Shown here one piece after another: positions 17,607 through 26,760 of a DNA stretch of 37,441 nucleotides (position 1 is its first letter; the number at the start of each line of letters is the position of its first letter). The notes beneath the pieces are model-generated. The model made no database searches. It saw only the letters and a program-made list of their open reading frames with translations, and had not been told where the DNA came from. A program made the position numbers and the translations under genes. This stretch comes from Trueperaceae bacterium (lineage in GTDB: Bacteria; Deinococcota; Deinococci; Deinococcales; Trueperaceae), in contig JBBDRK010000046.1 in NCBI GenBank assembly GCA_040905465.1, positions 1 through 37,441 of the forward strand, read 5' to 3'.

Positions 17607-18017
17607 TTACTTCTGTTCGCGAGCGGCACGCGCGGCGGCGCGATCCTCTTCCTGACGAGCGATATCGGTCTTCAGTCGGGCCGCCTTGCCGCGGAGGTCG
17701 CGAAGGAAGTACAGCTTGGCACGGCGGCTGCGACCCCGTCGCACGATCTCGATCTTGTCGATAACCGGCGAATGCACCGGAAAGATGCGCTCGACGCCTT
17801 CGCCGAACGAGACCTTGCGCACTGTGATGGTGGAACGGGCGCCCTTGCCGTTCTTGCGGGCGATCACCACGCCCTCGAAAGCCTGTACTCGCGAGCGGTT
17901 GCCCTCGGTAACCTTGTAGTCGACCCGGATGGTGTCGCCGGTGTCGAAGTCGGGGATGTTGTCGCGCATGAACGGTTGTTCGATCGAGCGCAAGATGGCG
18001 CCTTTGTTGTACTTCAT
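17607..18017 (-). CDS. rplS: 50S ribosomal protein L19
   Basis: '[31 protein letters not shown]', '[15 protein letters not shown]' and 'RRAKLYFLR'. AGGAG RBS. The N-terminus 'NKGAILR' resembles Deinococcota L19. Confidence 0.98.
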   Translation of the reverse strand: MKYNKGAILRSIEQPFMRDNIPDFDTGDTIRVDYKVTEGNRSRVQAFEGVVIARKNGKGARSTITVRKVSFGEGVERIFPVHSPVIDKIEIVRRGRSRRAKLYFLRDLRGKAARLKTDIARQEEDRAAARAAREQK

Positions 18018-18092
18018 TGTGGTCTCCTGGTTGTTCGCGTTCGGATCGGCCGCGGTCCCTATGAGGGTCCGCTGCAAGCTGACAGCCTGGCA

Positions 18093-18121
18093 ATCTTAGC
18101 GTGTTGACGGGCAACATTCAA
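18093..18121 (-). promoter_or_regulatory. Sigma70-type promoter of rplS
   Basis: Minus strand TTGAAT-N17-TAAGAT. Confidence 0.65.
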
Positions 18122-18524
18122 CCTGCCGTAGACGCTGGGCTCGTTACTGCTCGCCAATTCCTCCAGGGATGAGTCCATGACGACCCGTAAACGAAATCCA
18201 GTGACCTGCTGCACCAACGGGAGTGTGGGCCGGCTCGAAGACCGCCGGCGTATGGGGGTCTAGTCTTTTGCCGAGGGAGGCGAAGCCATGAATCGCACCC
18301 GAGCAGATCTCGACGGAACCGTTCGAACCATCACCCGCGCAACTCTCGAAACGCTGTCGAAACCGGCAGCTCTGATCGCTCTGTCGCTGCTGATCGGACT
18401 GCTCAGCGCTTGTGAAGGCGGCGGAGGCGGAGGCTACTAGGGACAATCGGAAGCGTCCAAACCGTCCCGCATCCGCCGGCCCTTGGCCGGCTCGCTCGCC
18501 GGCTTGCAGTGCCGCTGCTCTCGG

Positions 18525-19373
18525 TCAGGTCAGGGTAGGCGAGTCGGCGACGGCTGAAGGCCGCAGCGCGTACTGTTTCAAACGCAGGTAGTACGGCAGG
18601 CACTCCGCCAGCAACTCCTCGAGTTCGCCGGGGAAGCTTGTCGTGACCGGCTGGAATGGGGCGAAGCCAGTCGACCGGTGCACGTTCGCATACCAGTGCG
18701 GCGCCCAACATCCGTCCTCCGGCTTGGGACCGGCCGGCCAGTTCTGCATTGCCTCCTCGAAGCCAAGACCGGCCCTGGCGCAGAGCGCGCCGAGCACCTG
18801 TGGCGGGTCGAGCAGCAACTCGCGGGCATCGACCACGACCGGCTCCCTGCCGGCCGCCAGCTCGTAATCCAGGATCTGGCACTGCCGGGCCAGGCCGGTG
18901 TCGGCCAGTGTCGGACGCGCCAGCACCCGGGCCAGCGACGGCAGCATCTCGTGGGGATCGCGGATCAACAGGGCGTGAGTTAGGCCGTCCAGCAGGTCCC
19001 AGTCGAGACCGACCAGGTGGTGCGCCATGTTCTTGATGAACAACACCGGCCTCTCGGCCGGCTCGCCGACCTTGCACCCCGGCGCGACCGTGCTCCCCGC
19101 CCCTGTGTTCCCGGCCGCCACGCTCCCCGCCAGCATGCTCCTAGCCACCACCCCGCCGTCGCACTCCATCTGCGCCATGACCTCTCGTGCCGCGGGATGG
19201 CGAGCGCCGGACACTCGCAGGTAATGGCCGTAAAGCGGTTCGTCGACCACTCTGGTATCGCTGCGCTGGCGGAACGAGTACATGAGCGCCGTGGACACAT
19301 TTCTGGGCCCCGACCACATCGAAAGCCGCAAGGGCCGGCCGTCGCGACCGTCTGCCCCGGCGCCCACGCTCAC
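18525..19373 (-). CDS. Sulfotransferase-like P-loop protein (aminotransferase-associated)
   Basis: 'MWSGPRNVSTALMYSF', 'DEPLY', 'KNMAHH', 'LLIRDP' and 'WAPHWY'. The GTG start overlaps the upstream stop. Confidence 0.85.
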   Translation of the reverse strand: MSVGAGADGRDGRPLRLSMWSGPRNVSTALMYSFRQRSDTRVVDEPLYGHYLRVSGARHPAAREVMAQMECDGGVVARSMLAGSVAAGNTGAGSTVAPGCKVGEPAERPVLFIKNMAHHLVGLDWDLLDGLTHALLIRDPHEMLPSLARVLARPTLADTGLARQCQILDYELAAGREPVVVDARELLLDPPQVLGALCARAGLGFEEAMQNWPAGPKPEDGCWAPHWYANVHRSTGFAPFQPVTTSFPGELEELLAECLPYYLRLKQYALRPSAVADSPTLT

Positions 19374-20299
19374 GCCTCTACCGACGCGCCGTCGACGAGC
19401 TCCCGGTAGAGTCCCGCCAACCGCGCCGTCAACGGACCACCGGCACCAGTACCGACACCAGCGCCTATCTTGCGCCCGTCGACGCTCACGACCGGAGTGA
19501 GGCCCCCGAACGTGCCGGTTACGAAGGCTTCGTCGGCCCCGTAAACGTCGGTCAGCGAAAAGGCTCGCTCGTGCGCCGCTACGCCGTTGGCGCGGCACAG
19601 CTCGAGCACGAGCTGCCGGGTTATCCCGTTCATGCAGTACTGGCCAGTGGAGGTCCAGACTTCGCCGGACCGGACGATGAAAAAGTTGGTGGCGTTGCAG
19701 GTGGCGACGGCGCCGGTCGGGTCCAGCATCAGGGCCTCGTCCGCCCCGGCCCGCAGCGCCTGGATCAGCGCGATCACCTCGTGCAGCTTGGAGTGGCAGT
19801 TGAGCTTGGGATCGAGGGTATCGGGCGGGGGACGACGAGTCGCCGAGGTGAACAGCGAAATGCCCTGCTCGCCGACAGACGGATCGGCCGCCTTGTACTC
19901 GGCGATGATTACGATCGTCGGTCCGCCGACGGTCAGGCGCGGGTCCTGCGAGGGCGTCTTCTTCCGGCCACGGGTAACCATAAGCCGCACATGGACGCCA
20001 TCTTCCATGTTGTTGCGGCGCACCGTCCGGTACAGGGCGTCGGTCAACTCCTCAGGAGACCTGCCGATGTCGAGTCCGATGGCTGCCGCGCCGCTGAACA
20101 GCCTGGCGAGGTGTCGGTCGAGGAAGGCGAATCGGCCGCGGTGCAGCCGGATCCCCTCCCACACCCCGTCACCGACGAGGAAACCCGAGTCGAACACCGA
20201 CACCTTGGCCTCGTCCCGCGGATAGAACTCGCCGTCTACGTAGATCTCGATCCCAGCGTTCCTGTCGTCGGGCAGGGATTCATGCGTACCTCTGGGCAC
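19370..20299 (-). CDS. PLP-dependent aminotransferase class IV (branched-chain/D-amino-acid aminotransferase-like)
   Basis: 'SVFDSGFLVGDGVWEGIR', 'HLARL', 'GADEALML', 'GITR' and 'ADEAFVTGT'. Confidence 0.93.
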   Translation of the reverse strand: MPRGTHESLPDDRNAGIEIYVDGEFYPRDEAKVSVFDSGFLVGDGVWEGIRLHRGRFAFLDRHLARLFSGAAAIGLDIGRSPEELTDALYRTVRRNNMEDGVHVRLMVTRGRKKTPSQDPRLTVGGPTIVIIAEYKAADPSVGEQGISLFTSATRRPPPDTLDPKLNCHSKLHEVIALIQALRAGADEALMLDPTGAVATCNATNFFIVRSGEVWTSTGQYCMNGITRQLVLELCRANGVAAHERAFSLTDVYGADEAFVTGTFGGLTPVVSVDGRKIGAGVGTGAGGPLTARLAGLYRELVDGASVEA

Positions 20300-20473
20300 C
20301 TGTTACCTCCGCTTTGGTCCGGACAGCATAGCGGAGGCCGTCGCCAGCCGTCACCGGGTGACCGGCCCGCTCGGACGTAACGCCCGAACTCACTCGCTCG
20401 CCGCCGAGCGGGCAGACCAGAAGCGCGACTGGAGCAGTATTCAGCGGGACCGGCCTGCGCTTACCATCGGCCC

Positions 20474-20869
20474 ATGGCCAGAAGCGCGGGACGCGATCTC
20501 AGCAAGGCGCCGGACCGAACCGAACCTCAGGCGGACGAGAGGCACCTGCGGGAGATCCGTGAGTTGGCACACCTGCTGGACAACTCGTTTCGCATCCCGG
20601 TAATCGGCTACCGGTTCGGCGTCGACGCGATCCTCGGGCTCGTGCCCGTAATCGGCGACTTCAGCGCCTTCGCCTTCTCCGGCTACATAATCTACCGGGC
20701 GGCGCGGATGGGAGCGCCGGCTCCTTTGCTGGTGCGAATGACGGTCAATGCCCTGGGAGATACCGTCGTCGGCTCGATCCCGGTCCTGGGGACGGTGGTC
20801 GACGTGTTGTGGAAGGCGAACGCACGCAACCTGAAGATGCTGGAGAGTTTCCTGGCGAGTCGTCGTTGA
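20474..20869 (+). CDS. DUF4112-family membrane protein
   Basis: 'LLDNSFRIP...RFGVDAILGLVPVIGD' and 'GSIPVLG..D..WKAN.RN'. Confidence 0.88.
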   Translation: MARSAGRDLSKAPDRTEPQADERHLREIRELAHLLDNSFRIPVIGYRFGVDAILGLVPVIGDFSAFAFSGYIIYRAARMGAPAPLLVRMTVNALGDTVVGSIPVLGTVVDVLWKANARNLKMLESFLASRR

Positions 20870-20894
20870 GTCGTCATCCTGCTAATCTCATGCC

Positions 20895-21374
20895 ATGAGC
20901 GACACCCACGACAAGATCGTCAAGAACGAGAGCGAGTGGCGTGAGGAGCTCGAGCCGGAGCGGTACGACGTCATGTTCCGAGAGGGGACCGAGCCGCCCG
21001 GCAGCAGCCCACTCAATTACGAGAAGCGCGAGGGCAGCTACGTCTGCGCAGCCTGCGGGCAAACGCTATTCGTGAGCGACACCAAGTATGAGAGCGGCAG
21101 CGGCTGGCCCAGCTTCTACCAGGCCGTCCCGGGCGCCTTGGAGTTCAGTACCGACTTCAAGATCGGCGTGCCGCGCACCGAGTATCACTGCTCGCGCTGT
21201 GGCGCTCATCAGGGCCACCTCTTCGACGACGGCCCTGAGCCCACCGGCCAGCGCTACTGCAACAACGGCCTGGCCCTGCGCTTCACGGCCGAGCGGGAGA
21301 AGGCCGGCAGCGATCCGTCCAGTGCGCCCGGAAGCAGCAGCCTTGAAGGCACAGAGCACAGCGACGACGGCTGA
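20895..21374 (+). CDS. msrB: Peptide-methionine (R)-S-oxide reductase
   Basis: CxxC twice, 'SGSGWPSF', 'HQGHLFDDGP' and 'RYCNNG'. Confidence 0.97.
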   Translation: MSDTHDKIVKNESEWREELEPERYDVMFREGTEPPGSSPLNYEKREGSYVCAACGQTLFVSDTKYESGSGWPSFYQAVPGALEFSTDFKIGVPRTEYHCSRCGAHQGHLFDDGPEPTGQRYCNNGLALRFTAEREKAGSDPSSAPGSSSLEGTEHSDDG

Positions 21375-22188
21375 GCGACTGGACCGGCTGGCATCCCTGC
21401 TGGTGGGACGACGGACGCTGGTCCTCAGCGGAGCCGGCATCAGCACCGAGTCCGGCATTCCCGATTACCGCAGTCCGGAGCGACTGAAGCGGCCACGCAA
21501 GCCGATGCTGTACCAGACGTTCGTTTCCGACGAACTGGCGCGGCGGCGTTACTGGGCGAGAAGCGTGCTGGGTTGGCAGACCATCGAGGGCGCCGTGCCC
21601 AACGCCGGCCACCAGGCCGTGGCCCGGCTCGAGGCGCAGGGCGTCTCAGTGGGAGTAATCACCCAAAACGTCGACAGCCTGCACCAGAAGGCCGGCAGTA
21701 GTGAAGTCCTCGAGCTGCACGGCAGCCTGAGCATGATCCTCTGCCTCGGCTGCAGGACCGTGGTGGGGCGCCGGGCCCTGCAGCGCCGGCTGCTGGACCT
21801 GAATCCGGATGTGGCTGAAGCCGTCGTCACTATCGCGCCCGACGGAGACTCGGACGTGCCGGACGATCTGGTGACGAGTTTCATCGTGCCGGAGTGCGAG
21901 AGTTGCGGAGGAATCCTCAAGCCGCACGTGGTCTTCTTCGGCGAGAACGTGCCGAAGGAGCGGGTGGTCCACTCCAACGAGCTGCTGGCCCGAGCGCAGG
22001 TCCTGATGGTGGTCGGATCGTCGCTCGCGGTGATGTCGGGCATGCGGTTCGTCCTGGCGGCCCTGCGGCACGGCAAGCAGGTGGTGATAATCAACGACGG
22101 ACCGACCAGAGCGGACGAGCAGGCCACGTTCAAGCTCGAGGGACGGCTGGGAGAGGTTCTGCCTGCCCTGGCGGCGCTGCTGGCCTGA
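21343..22188 (+). CDS. NAD-dependent deacylase, sirtuin (class II/SIRT4-like)
   Basis: 'GAGISTESGIPDYRS', 'RRRYWARS', 'TQNVD', 'LHG', zinc CxxC pairs and 'PDGD'. The start is uncertain. Confidence 0.93.
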   Translation: MKAQSTATTAERLDRLASLLVGRRTLVLSGAGISTESGIPDYRSPERLKRPRKPMLYQTFVSDELARRRYWARSVLGWQTIEGAVPNAGHQAVARLEAQGVSVGVITQNVDSLHQKAGSSEVLELHGSLSMILCLGCRTVVGRRALQRRLLDLNPDVAEAVVTIAPDGDSDVPDDLVTSFIVPECESCGGILKPHVVFFGENVPKERVVHSNELLARAQVLMVVGSSLAVMSGMRFVLAALRHGKQVVIINDGPTRADEQATFKLEGRLGEVLPALAALLA

Positions 22189-22213
22189 CCGGAACTGGCG
22201 CGCGGCCCTGCGT

Positions 22214-22762
22214 TCAGCCTCGCAGCCGGTCGAGGTACCTCTTGCGGAACTTCGCCACTTTCGGCGCGATGACCGCGCTGCAGTAGGGTTGTTGCGGGTT
22301 GTTGCGGAAGTAGTTGCGGTGGTACGCCTCGGCCTCATAGAAGGTGTCCAGCGGCTCCACCCTGGTCACGACCGGAGCGCCATAGACGCCCTCCCGCTCC
22401 AGCTCGGCGATCGCCTGCTCCGCTTCACGCCGCTGTTCATCATCGCGGTAGAAGATGACGGAACGGTACTGGCTACCGACGTCGTTGCCCTGCCTGTTCA
22501 CCGTGGTGGGATCGTGGGTCGCGAAGAACACGCCCAGCAGGTCGCGGTACGAGATCTCGTCAGGTTCGTAGCGCACCGAGATCACCTCGACGTGGCCGGT
22601 CGTCTCGCTGCAGACCTGCTGGTAAGTGGGGTTTGCAACGGTGCCACCGGAGTAGCCCGGCAGGACCTCCCGTACCCCCTTCAGATCCTGGAACACCGCT
22701 TCGGTACACCAGAAACAGCCGCCGCCGAATATCGCCGTGCTGGTACTCTCACCCTCGCTCAT
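22214..22762 (-). CDS. msrA: Peptide-methionine (S)-S-oxide reductase
   Basis: 'GGGCFWC', 'HDPT..NRQGNDVGSQYRS' and 'AEAYH.NY'. Confidence 0.97.
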   Translation of the reverse strand: MSEGESTSTAIFGGGCFWCTEAVFQDLKGVREVLPGYSGGTVANPTYQQVCSETTGHVEVISVRYEPDEISYRDLLGVFFATHDPTTVNRQGNDVGSQYRSVIFYRDDEQRREAEQAIAELEREGVYGAPVVTRVEPLDTFYEAEAYHRNYFRNNPQQPYCSAVIAPKVAKFRKRYLDRLRG

Positions 22763-22842
22763 GAGTCAACTGTAAGGCATGACGCTTCGGGCCCGGGTAA
22801 CGCGTGCCCATGCTCGGGTAGAAGGCGGAGAGGAGAACGGCA

Positions 22843-23358
22843 ATGGACAGCCAACGAACACCGCCGGGAAGAATGCCCGCTACCGACCCGAAGGACACGG
22901 CGGCTGCCGGCGGTGTGCGCGAGGTGATAGCCTCGTTCGCCGACTACCGCGAGGCTCAACGTGCCGTCGACTTCCTGTCTGACGAGAAGTTCGACGTTCG
23001 CACCATCTCGATAGTCGCGGAGGGGCTCAGCTTCGTCGAGCAGATCACCGGGCGGCTCAACTGGCAGCGCGCGTTCGTCAACGGACTGTCGAGCGGGGCT
23101 CTCATCGGTGCGGTCATCGGTTTCATCTTCGGCATCTTCAACTTCTTCGCTCCCCTTACCTCCGCGCTCTCGCTGGCGTTCTACGGCCTGATATTCGGCG
23201 CGATCCTCGGCGGAATCGTCGGACTGATCGGATACGCCCTCTCCGGCGGCGACCGCGACTTCACCTCGGTCAGTGGCATGCAGGCAGAGCGCTACGACGT
23301 CACCGCCGATCCGGCCGTCGCCGGCGAGGCGCGAGAGCTGTTGCGGCGACGAACGTAG
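22843..23358 (+). CDS. General stress protein (YflT/17M-like) membrane protein
   Basis: 'IASFADYREAQRAVDFLSDEKF', glycine-zipper TM helices and 'RDFTS....AERYDV'. Confidence 0.8.
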   Translation: MDSQRTPPGRMPATDPKDTAAAGGVREVIASFADYREAQRAVDFLSDEKFDVRTISIVAEGLSFVEQITGRLNWQRAFVNGLSSGALIGAVIGFIFGIFNFFAPLTSALSLAFYGLIFGAILGGIVGLIGYALSGGDRDFTSVSGMQAERYDVTADPAVAGEARELLRRRT

Positions 23359-23572
23359 CGGGTACGCCCGCGGCACCTGCTACTCGTAGTCACCAGGCAC
23401 CTTGTCGAAAATTGGGGTCATCGACAACGTTGTAACCGACCATCCTGCCGTTCCGCGGTGAAGGTATTCGGCGGACGAGGGATCCCAGATATCTTCGTCC
23501 TGGGAAGGGCGTATAATCGGCGGGAAGGAAAAAACTTCAGGTGGAGGCACCAGGGTAATCGGGCGCAGCGCC

Positions 23573-23854
23573 GTGTTCACCAGCCTGCCTGTGACAGCCG
23601 CCCTGACAGCTCCGGCCGAGGTGCCCGCCGGCGGCCGCTTCGAAGACGACTGGCAGGGACCCGACAACCAGGGCGACTACGTCACCATCGTCCCTGCCGG
23701 AAGCCCCGAGGGAAGCTACGAGTCCTACTTCGACACCCGGAACGGCAGTCCCGGTACCTTGGTCGCACCCGCCGAGTCGGGAGCGTTCGAGGTGCGTTAC
23801 GTGAGCGGCCAGAGCGCAAAGACCCTGAGCTCCAGCCCAATCCGCGTGAGGTAG
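23573..23854 (+). pseudogene. Isolated Ig-like repeat resembling the C-terminal repeats of secreted VWA-domain proteins, probably a remnant
   Basis: 'LTAPAEVPAG...WQGPDNQGDYVTIVPAG.PEG.Y..Y..T..GSPGTL.AP...G.FEVRYV'. No signal peptide or VWA domain is attached. Confidence 0.55.
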
Positions 23855-23898
23855 CGCGGTCCCCACCGGAAGCGCGGCCGCAACAGGACGTTCGTCCC

Positions 23899-24615
23899 GT
23901 GGCGGCCGCGTTATCATCTGGGCGTGACCCGAAGAAGGGTGGGAATGGGCTTCTGCCGCTAGCCGCACCCCTTGCCATCAGCCTCGACCGCCTGGCGCGG
24001 CGCTACGGCCGCGAGTTGGTTCTCACCGACGTCAGCCTGACAGTCGGCGAGGGCCGCGTGGTGGTGCTGCACGGTCCGAACGGCGCCGGCAAAACCACGC
24101 TGCTGAAGGTGCTGGCGACCCGCCTGCGTCCCAGTCGCGGCCGGGGCACGGTCTTCGGCTTCGACCTGGTGAGGCATGCACACGAGGTGCGGCGGCGCAC
24201 GGCCATGCTGAGCGTTTTCGGCGGATCCTACCCGGCGCTCACCGCGGCGGAGAACCTAAGCCTGGCCGCCCGTCTCTACGGCTCTACCTCCACTTCCGAC
24301 GAGTTGGCAACGTGCCTGGCGGTGGTGGGCCTCGCAGATTCTCGCGACAAGCTTGTGCGCACCTTCTCCAGCGGAATGAAGAAGCGCCTCGGCCTGGCCC
24401 GGCTGCGCCTCGCCGGTGCCAGGTTGTGGCTGCTCGACGAGCCGTACGCGGCGCTCGACGAGGAGGGCAAGTCCTCGGTCGACGAGCTGCTGGACGACGC
24501 ACGCCGAAAGCGCATCACCATCGTTCTGGCCTCCCACGAGCTCGAGCGGGTGGCGCCGTTCGCAGACGCGGTATTGCAGGTCGACCATGGCGGCATCTCG
24601 CTGAGGTCCGACTGA
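23899..24615 (+). CDS. ccmA: Heme ABC exporter ATP-binding protein
   Basis: Walker A GPNGAGKT, signature FSSGMKKR and LLDEP. First gene of the ccm cluster; start uncertain. Confidence 0.92.
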   Translation: MAAALSSGRDPKKGGNGLLPLAAPLAISLDRLARRYGRELVLTDVSLTVGEGRVVVLHGPNGAGKTTLLKVLATRLRPSRGRGTVFGFDLVRHAHEVRRRTAMLSVFGGSYPALTAAENLSLAARLYGSTSTSDELATCLAVVGLADSRDKLVRTFSSGMKKRLGLARLRLAGARLWLLDEPYAALDEEGKSSVDELLDDARRKRITIVLASHELERVAPFADAVLQVDHGGISLRSD

Positions 24616-25292
24616 TGTCCGACCTGACCGCGGTCCTGGCGGTAGCCGGCAAGGACCTGCGCCAGGAGCTGCGCAGCCGCTCCGTCACCGTGGCCACTCT
24701 CTTCTTCGCCGCCATAACGTTGGTCGTGCTGGCGTTCGCGGTGGGAAGCGACCAGGCGCTGCTACGAAGCATCGCCCCCGGTGCGTTGTGGGTTGCGCTG
24801 GCCTTCGCCGGAGTGATTTCGGCGGCACAGAGCTACGCCGCCGAGGGCGAGGAGAACGCCTTCGAGCAGCTCCTGCTCTACCCTGTGCCGCGGGCTGCCA
24901 TCTACCTCGGCAAGTTGCTGGCCAACTGGCTATACATGGCGGCGCTGGCCGCCCTGATGCTGCCGGTAACGGCGGTCCTGTTCGACCTGCCGATTTCCGG
25001 CAACCTGCCCCTGCTGCTGCTCACTCTGGCCTTGGGGACTCTCGGTTTCGCCCTGATCGCTACCTTCTATGCAGCCCTGACCGCCAACCTGCGGGCACGG
25101 GAGTCGTTGCTGCCGGTGCTGATGTTTCCGGTGGTGGTTCCGATCCTGCTGGCGGCGGTGCGGGCCACGATAGCCCTTACGCAGCTGGAGAACCCCGCTC
25201 TGGCCGGCGACTGGCTACAATTGCTGGTGGGGTTCGACCTAGTCTACCTGGTTACCTGTATCGCCGTCTTCAGATTCGTGGTGGACGAATGA
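24615..25292 (+). CDS. ccmB: Heme exporter protein B
   Basis: 'KDLRQELRS', six TM segments, 'YLGK..AN' and 'LLPVL.FP..VP'. Confidence 0.93.
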   Translation: MSDLTAVLAVAGKDLRQELRSRSVTVATLFFAAITLVVLAFAVGSDQALLRSIAPGALWVALAFAGVISAAQSYAAEGEENAFEQLLLYPVPRAAIYLGKLLANWLYMAALAALMLPVTAVLFDLPISGNLPLLLLTLALGTLGFALIATFYAALTANLRARESLLPVLMFPVVVPILLAAVRATIALTQLENPALAGDWLQLLVGFDLVYLVTCIAVFRFVVDE

Positions 25293-25424
25293 AGGGCGCG
25301 ACGAGCGACAGCCCGCAAGCGAAGAGCGGGCACTTGAGGCAGGTAAACGAGCGAACGCACCCGGAGCGTGCCGTTTGCCATGCTGGGAGCGGAACATGAT
25401 TCGTTCAGCCGAGGAGCAACATTG

Positions 25425-26171
25425 ATGAGCGACTCCCGAAACATCGATCGCGGCACAGGCGGCCGCCCCGCGTGGCTCAACGCCCTCGGCCTCATGGTCG
25501 TGGCACTGTTCGCCGTGGGTGCTTACCTCGCCCTGGTCGTGAGTCCGCCCGATACCAATCAAGGCGACCTGATCCGGATCATGTACGCGCACGTCTCGGC
25601 GGCCTGGGTGTGCTTCCTGGCGGTGATCCTGGCGGCTGTCTTCGGCATGCTCTACCTGTGGCGCGGCCGCATCGGCGATGACATACGTGCGGTGGCGCAC
25701 GCCGAGTCTGCGCTGCTGTTCGCCGGACTGACGATCATCGGCGGCATGACCTACAGCAAACCAACGCTGAACACCTTCTGGACCTGGGACGCCAAGCTGA
25801 CCCTGACCGCGCTGCTGTTCGCCCTGCTGGTGGGCTACTTCGTGGTCCGCGGGTTGGTCGACGACCGGGAGCGGCGTGGACGAGTGAGCGCGGTGGTGGC
25901 GATAGTGGTCCTGGCCAGCCTGCCGTTCAACTGGATGGCGGCCGAGTGGTTCCGTACCCTGCACCCCTCGAAGAGCTTCGAGGTGAGCGCGGCGGGCGTT
26001 AGTGACAGCGCCGACCCGATATTCCGCTGGATCTTGCTGTTCAACGTGGTGGTGGCGGCTCTCGTCTACACCTGGTTCGTGCTGGAACGCAGCCGCCTTG
26101 GTCGCCTGGAAGCGGGGCTCGAGGAGCGGCGTGAGGCAGTTGCCGGCCGGAGGGAGGCAATCGATGTTTGA
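25425..26171 (+). CDS. ccmC: Heme exporter/cytochrome c assembly protein C
   Basis: 'QGD..RIMYAHV', WWD-like 'FWTWDAKLT' and 'WFRTLHP'. Confidence 0.93.
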   Translation: MSDSRNIDRGTGGRPAWLNALGLMVVALFAVGAYLALVVSPPDTNQGDLIRIMYAHVSAAWVCFLAVILAAVFGMLYLWRGRIGDDIRAVAHAESALLFAGLTIIGGMTYSKPTLNTFWTWDAKLTLTALLFALLVGYFVVRGLVDDRERRGRVSAVVAIVVLASLPFNWMAAEWFRTLHPSKSFEVSAAGVSDSADPIFRWILLFNVVVAALVYTWFVLERSRLGRLEAGLEERREAVAGRREAIDV

Positions 26172-26286
26172 CGGCTGGAGCCCGTGGGCCTGGGTTGCCC
26201 TGTCTTGGCTGGAGTTGCTGGTGGCATACGGCGGTTACATGCTGTACCTGCGCGGCCGCTCGAGGCGCCTGGAGGACGACGTTTGA
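26164..26286 (+). CDS. ccmD: Heme exporter protein D-like small membrane protein
   Basis: 40 aa, a single TM followed by a basic tail, between ccmC and ccmE, with a GGAGG RBS. Confidence 0.7.
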   Translation: MFDGWSPWAWVALSWLELLVAYGGYMLYLRGRSRRLEDDV

Positions 26287-26711
26287 AGCGTTCTATCTAC
26301 GCTCTCGCCGCGCTGGTGGTGCTGGTTGTCGCCGGCCTGCTGATCTACCGGGCGCTGTCGTCGTCGCTGGTGTACTTCATCCTGCCCAGCGAGTACGCAC
26401 AGGACCCGCTGCAGTACGAGGATCGTCGCATCCGGCTGGGCGGCATCGTGCAGGAGGGAAGCGTGGCGTTCGACGATGATCGGCTTCAGCTCACCTTCCT
26501 GGTGACCGACAGCCTGGAGACCTATCCGGTTCGTCACGGCGGCACCCCGCCCGAGCTGTTCCAGGAGAACACCGGGGTGGTGGTCGAAGGCAGCTTCGCC
26601 GAAGGCGTTTTCATGAGCGACAACCTGCTGGTGAAGCACAGCGAGGTCTACCAGGCGCCCAAAGAGGGCGAGCCGGTAGACGTCGAAGCGTTGAAGGACT
26701 CACTGCAGTGA
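26283..26711 (+). CDS. ccmE: Cytochrome c maturation heme chaperone
   Basis: 'LVYFILPSE', 'RIRLGGIV..GS', 'PELF.E..GVVVEG' and heme-binding 'KHSEVY' (HxxxY). Confidence 0.95.
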   Translation: MKRSIYALAALVVLVVAGLLIYRALSSSLVYFILPSEYAQDPLQYEDRRIRLGGIVQEGSVAFDDDRLQLTFLVTDSLETYPVRHGGTPPELFQENTGVVVEGSFAEGVFMSDNLLVKHSEVYQAPKEGEPVDVEALKDSLQ

Positions 26712-26717
26712 TCGATA

Positions 26718-26751
26718 GGGCAGCGACCAGGCGGGCAGCGACCAGGCGGGC
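26718..26751. repeat. 15-bp tandem duplication GGGCAGCGACCAGGC x2 in the ccmE-ccmF spacer
   Basis: Copies at 26718-26732 and 26733-26747, followed by a partial GGGC. Confidence 0.8.
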
Positions 26752-26760
26752 GGGCGGACG

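Noticed and set aside
18144-18446. 100-aa ORF or ncRNA between rplS and the sulfotransferase-like gene
   Set aside because: No RBS, motif or convincing structure recognised, so it cannot be supported.
21343-22188. Sirtuin as a defence (Thoeris/DSR-type) NADase
   Set aside because: It has the zinc-binding module and motifs of housekeeping class II deacylases and lies in host core context outside the island.
23458-23898. Long N-terminal extension of ccmA
   Set aside because: Arg/Pro-rich off-frame translation typical of high-GC DNA, overlapping the Ig-like remnant.
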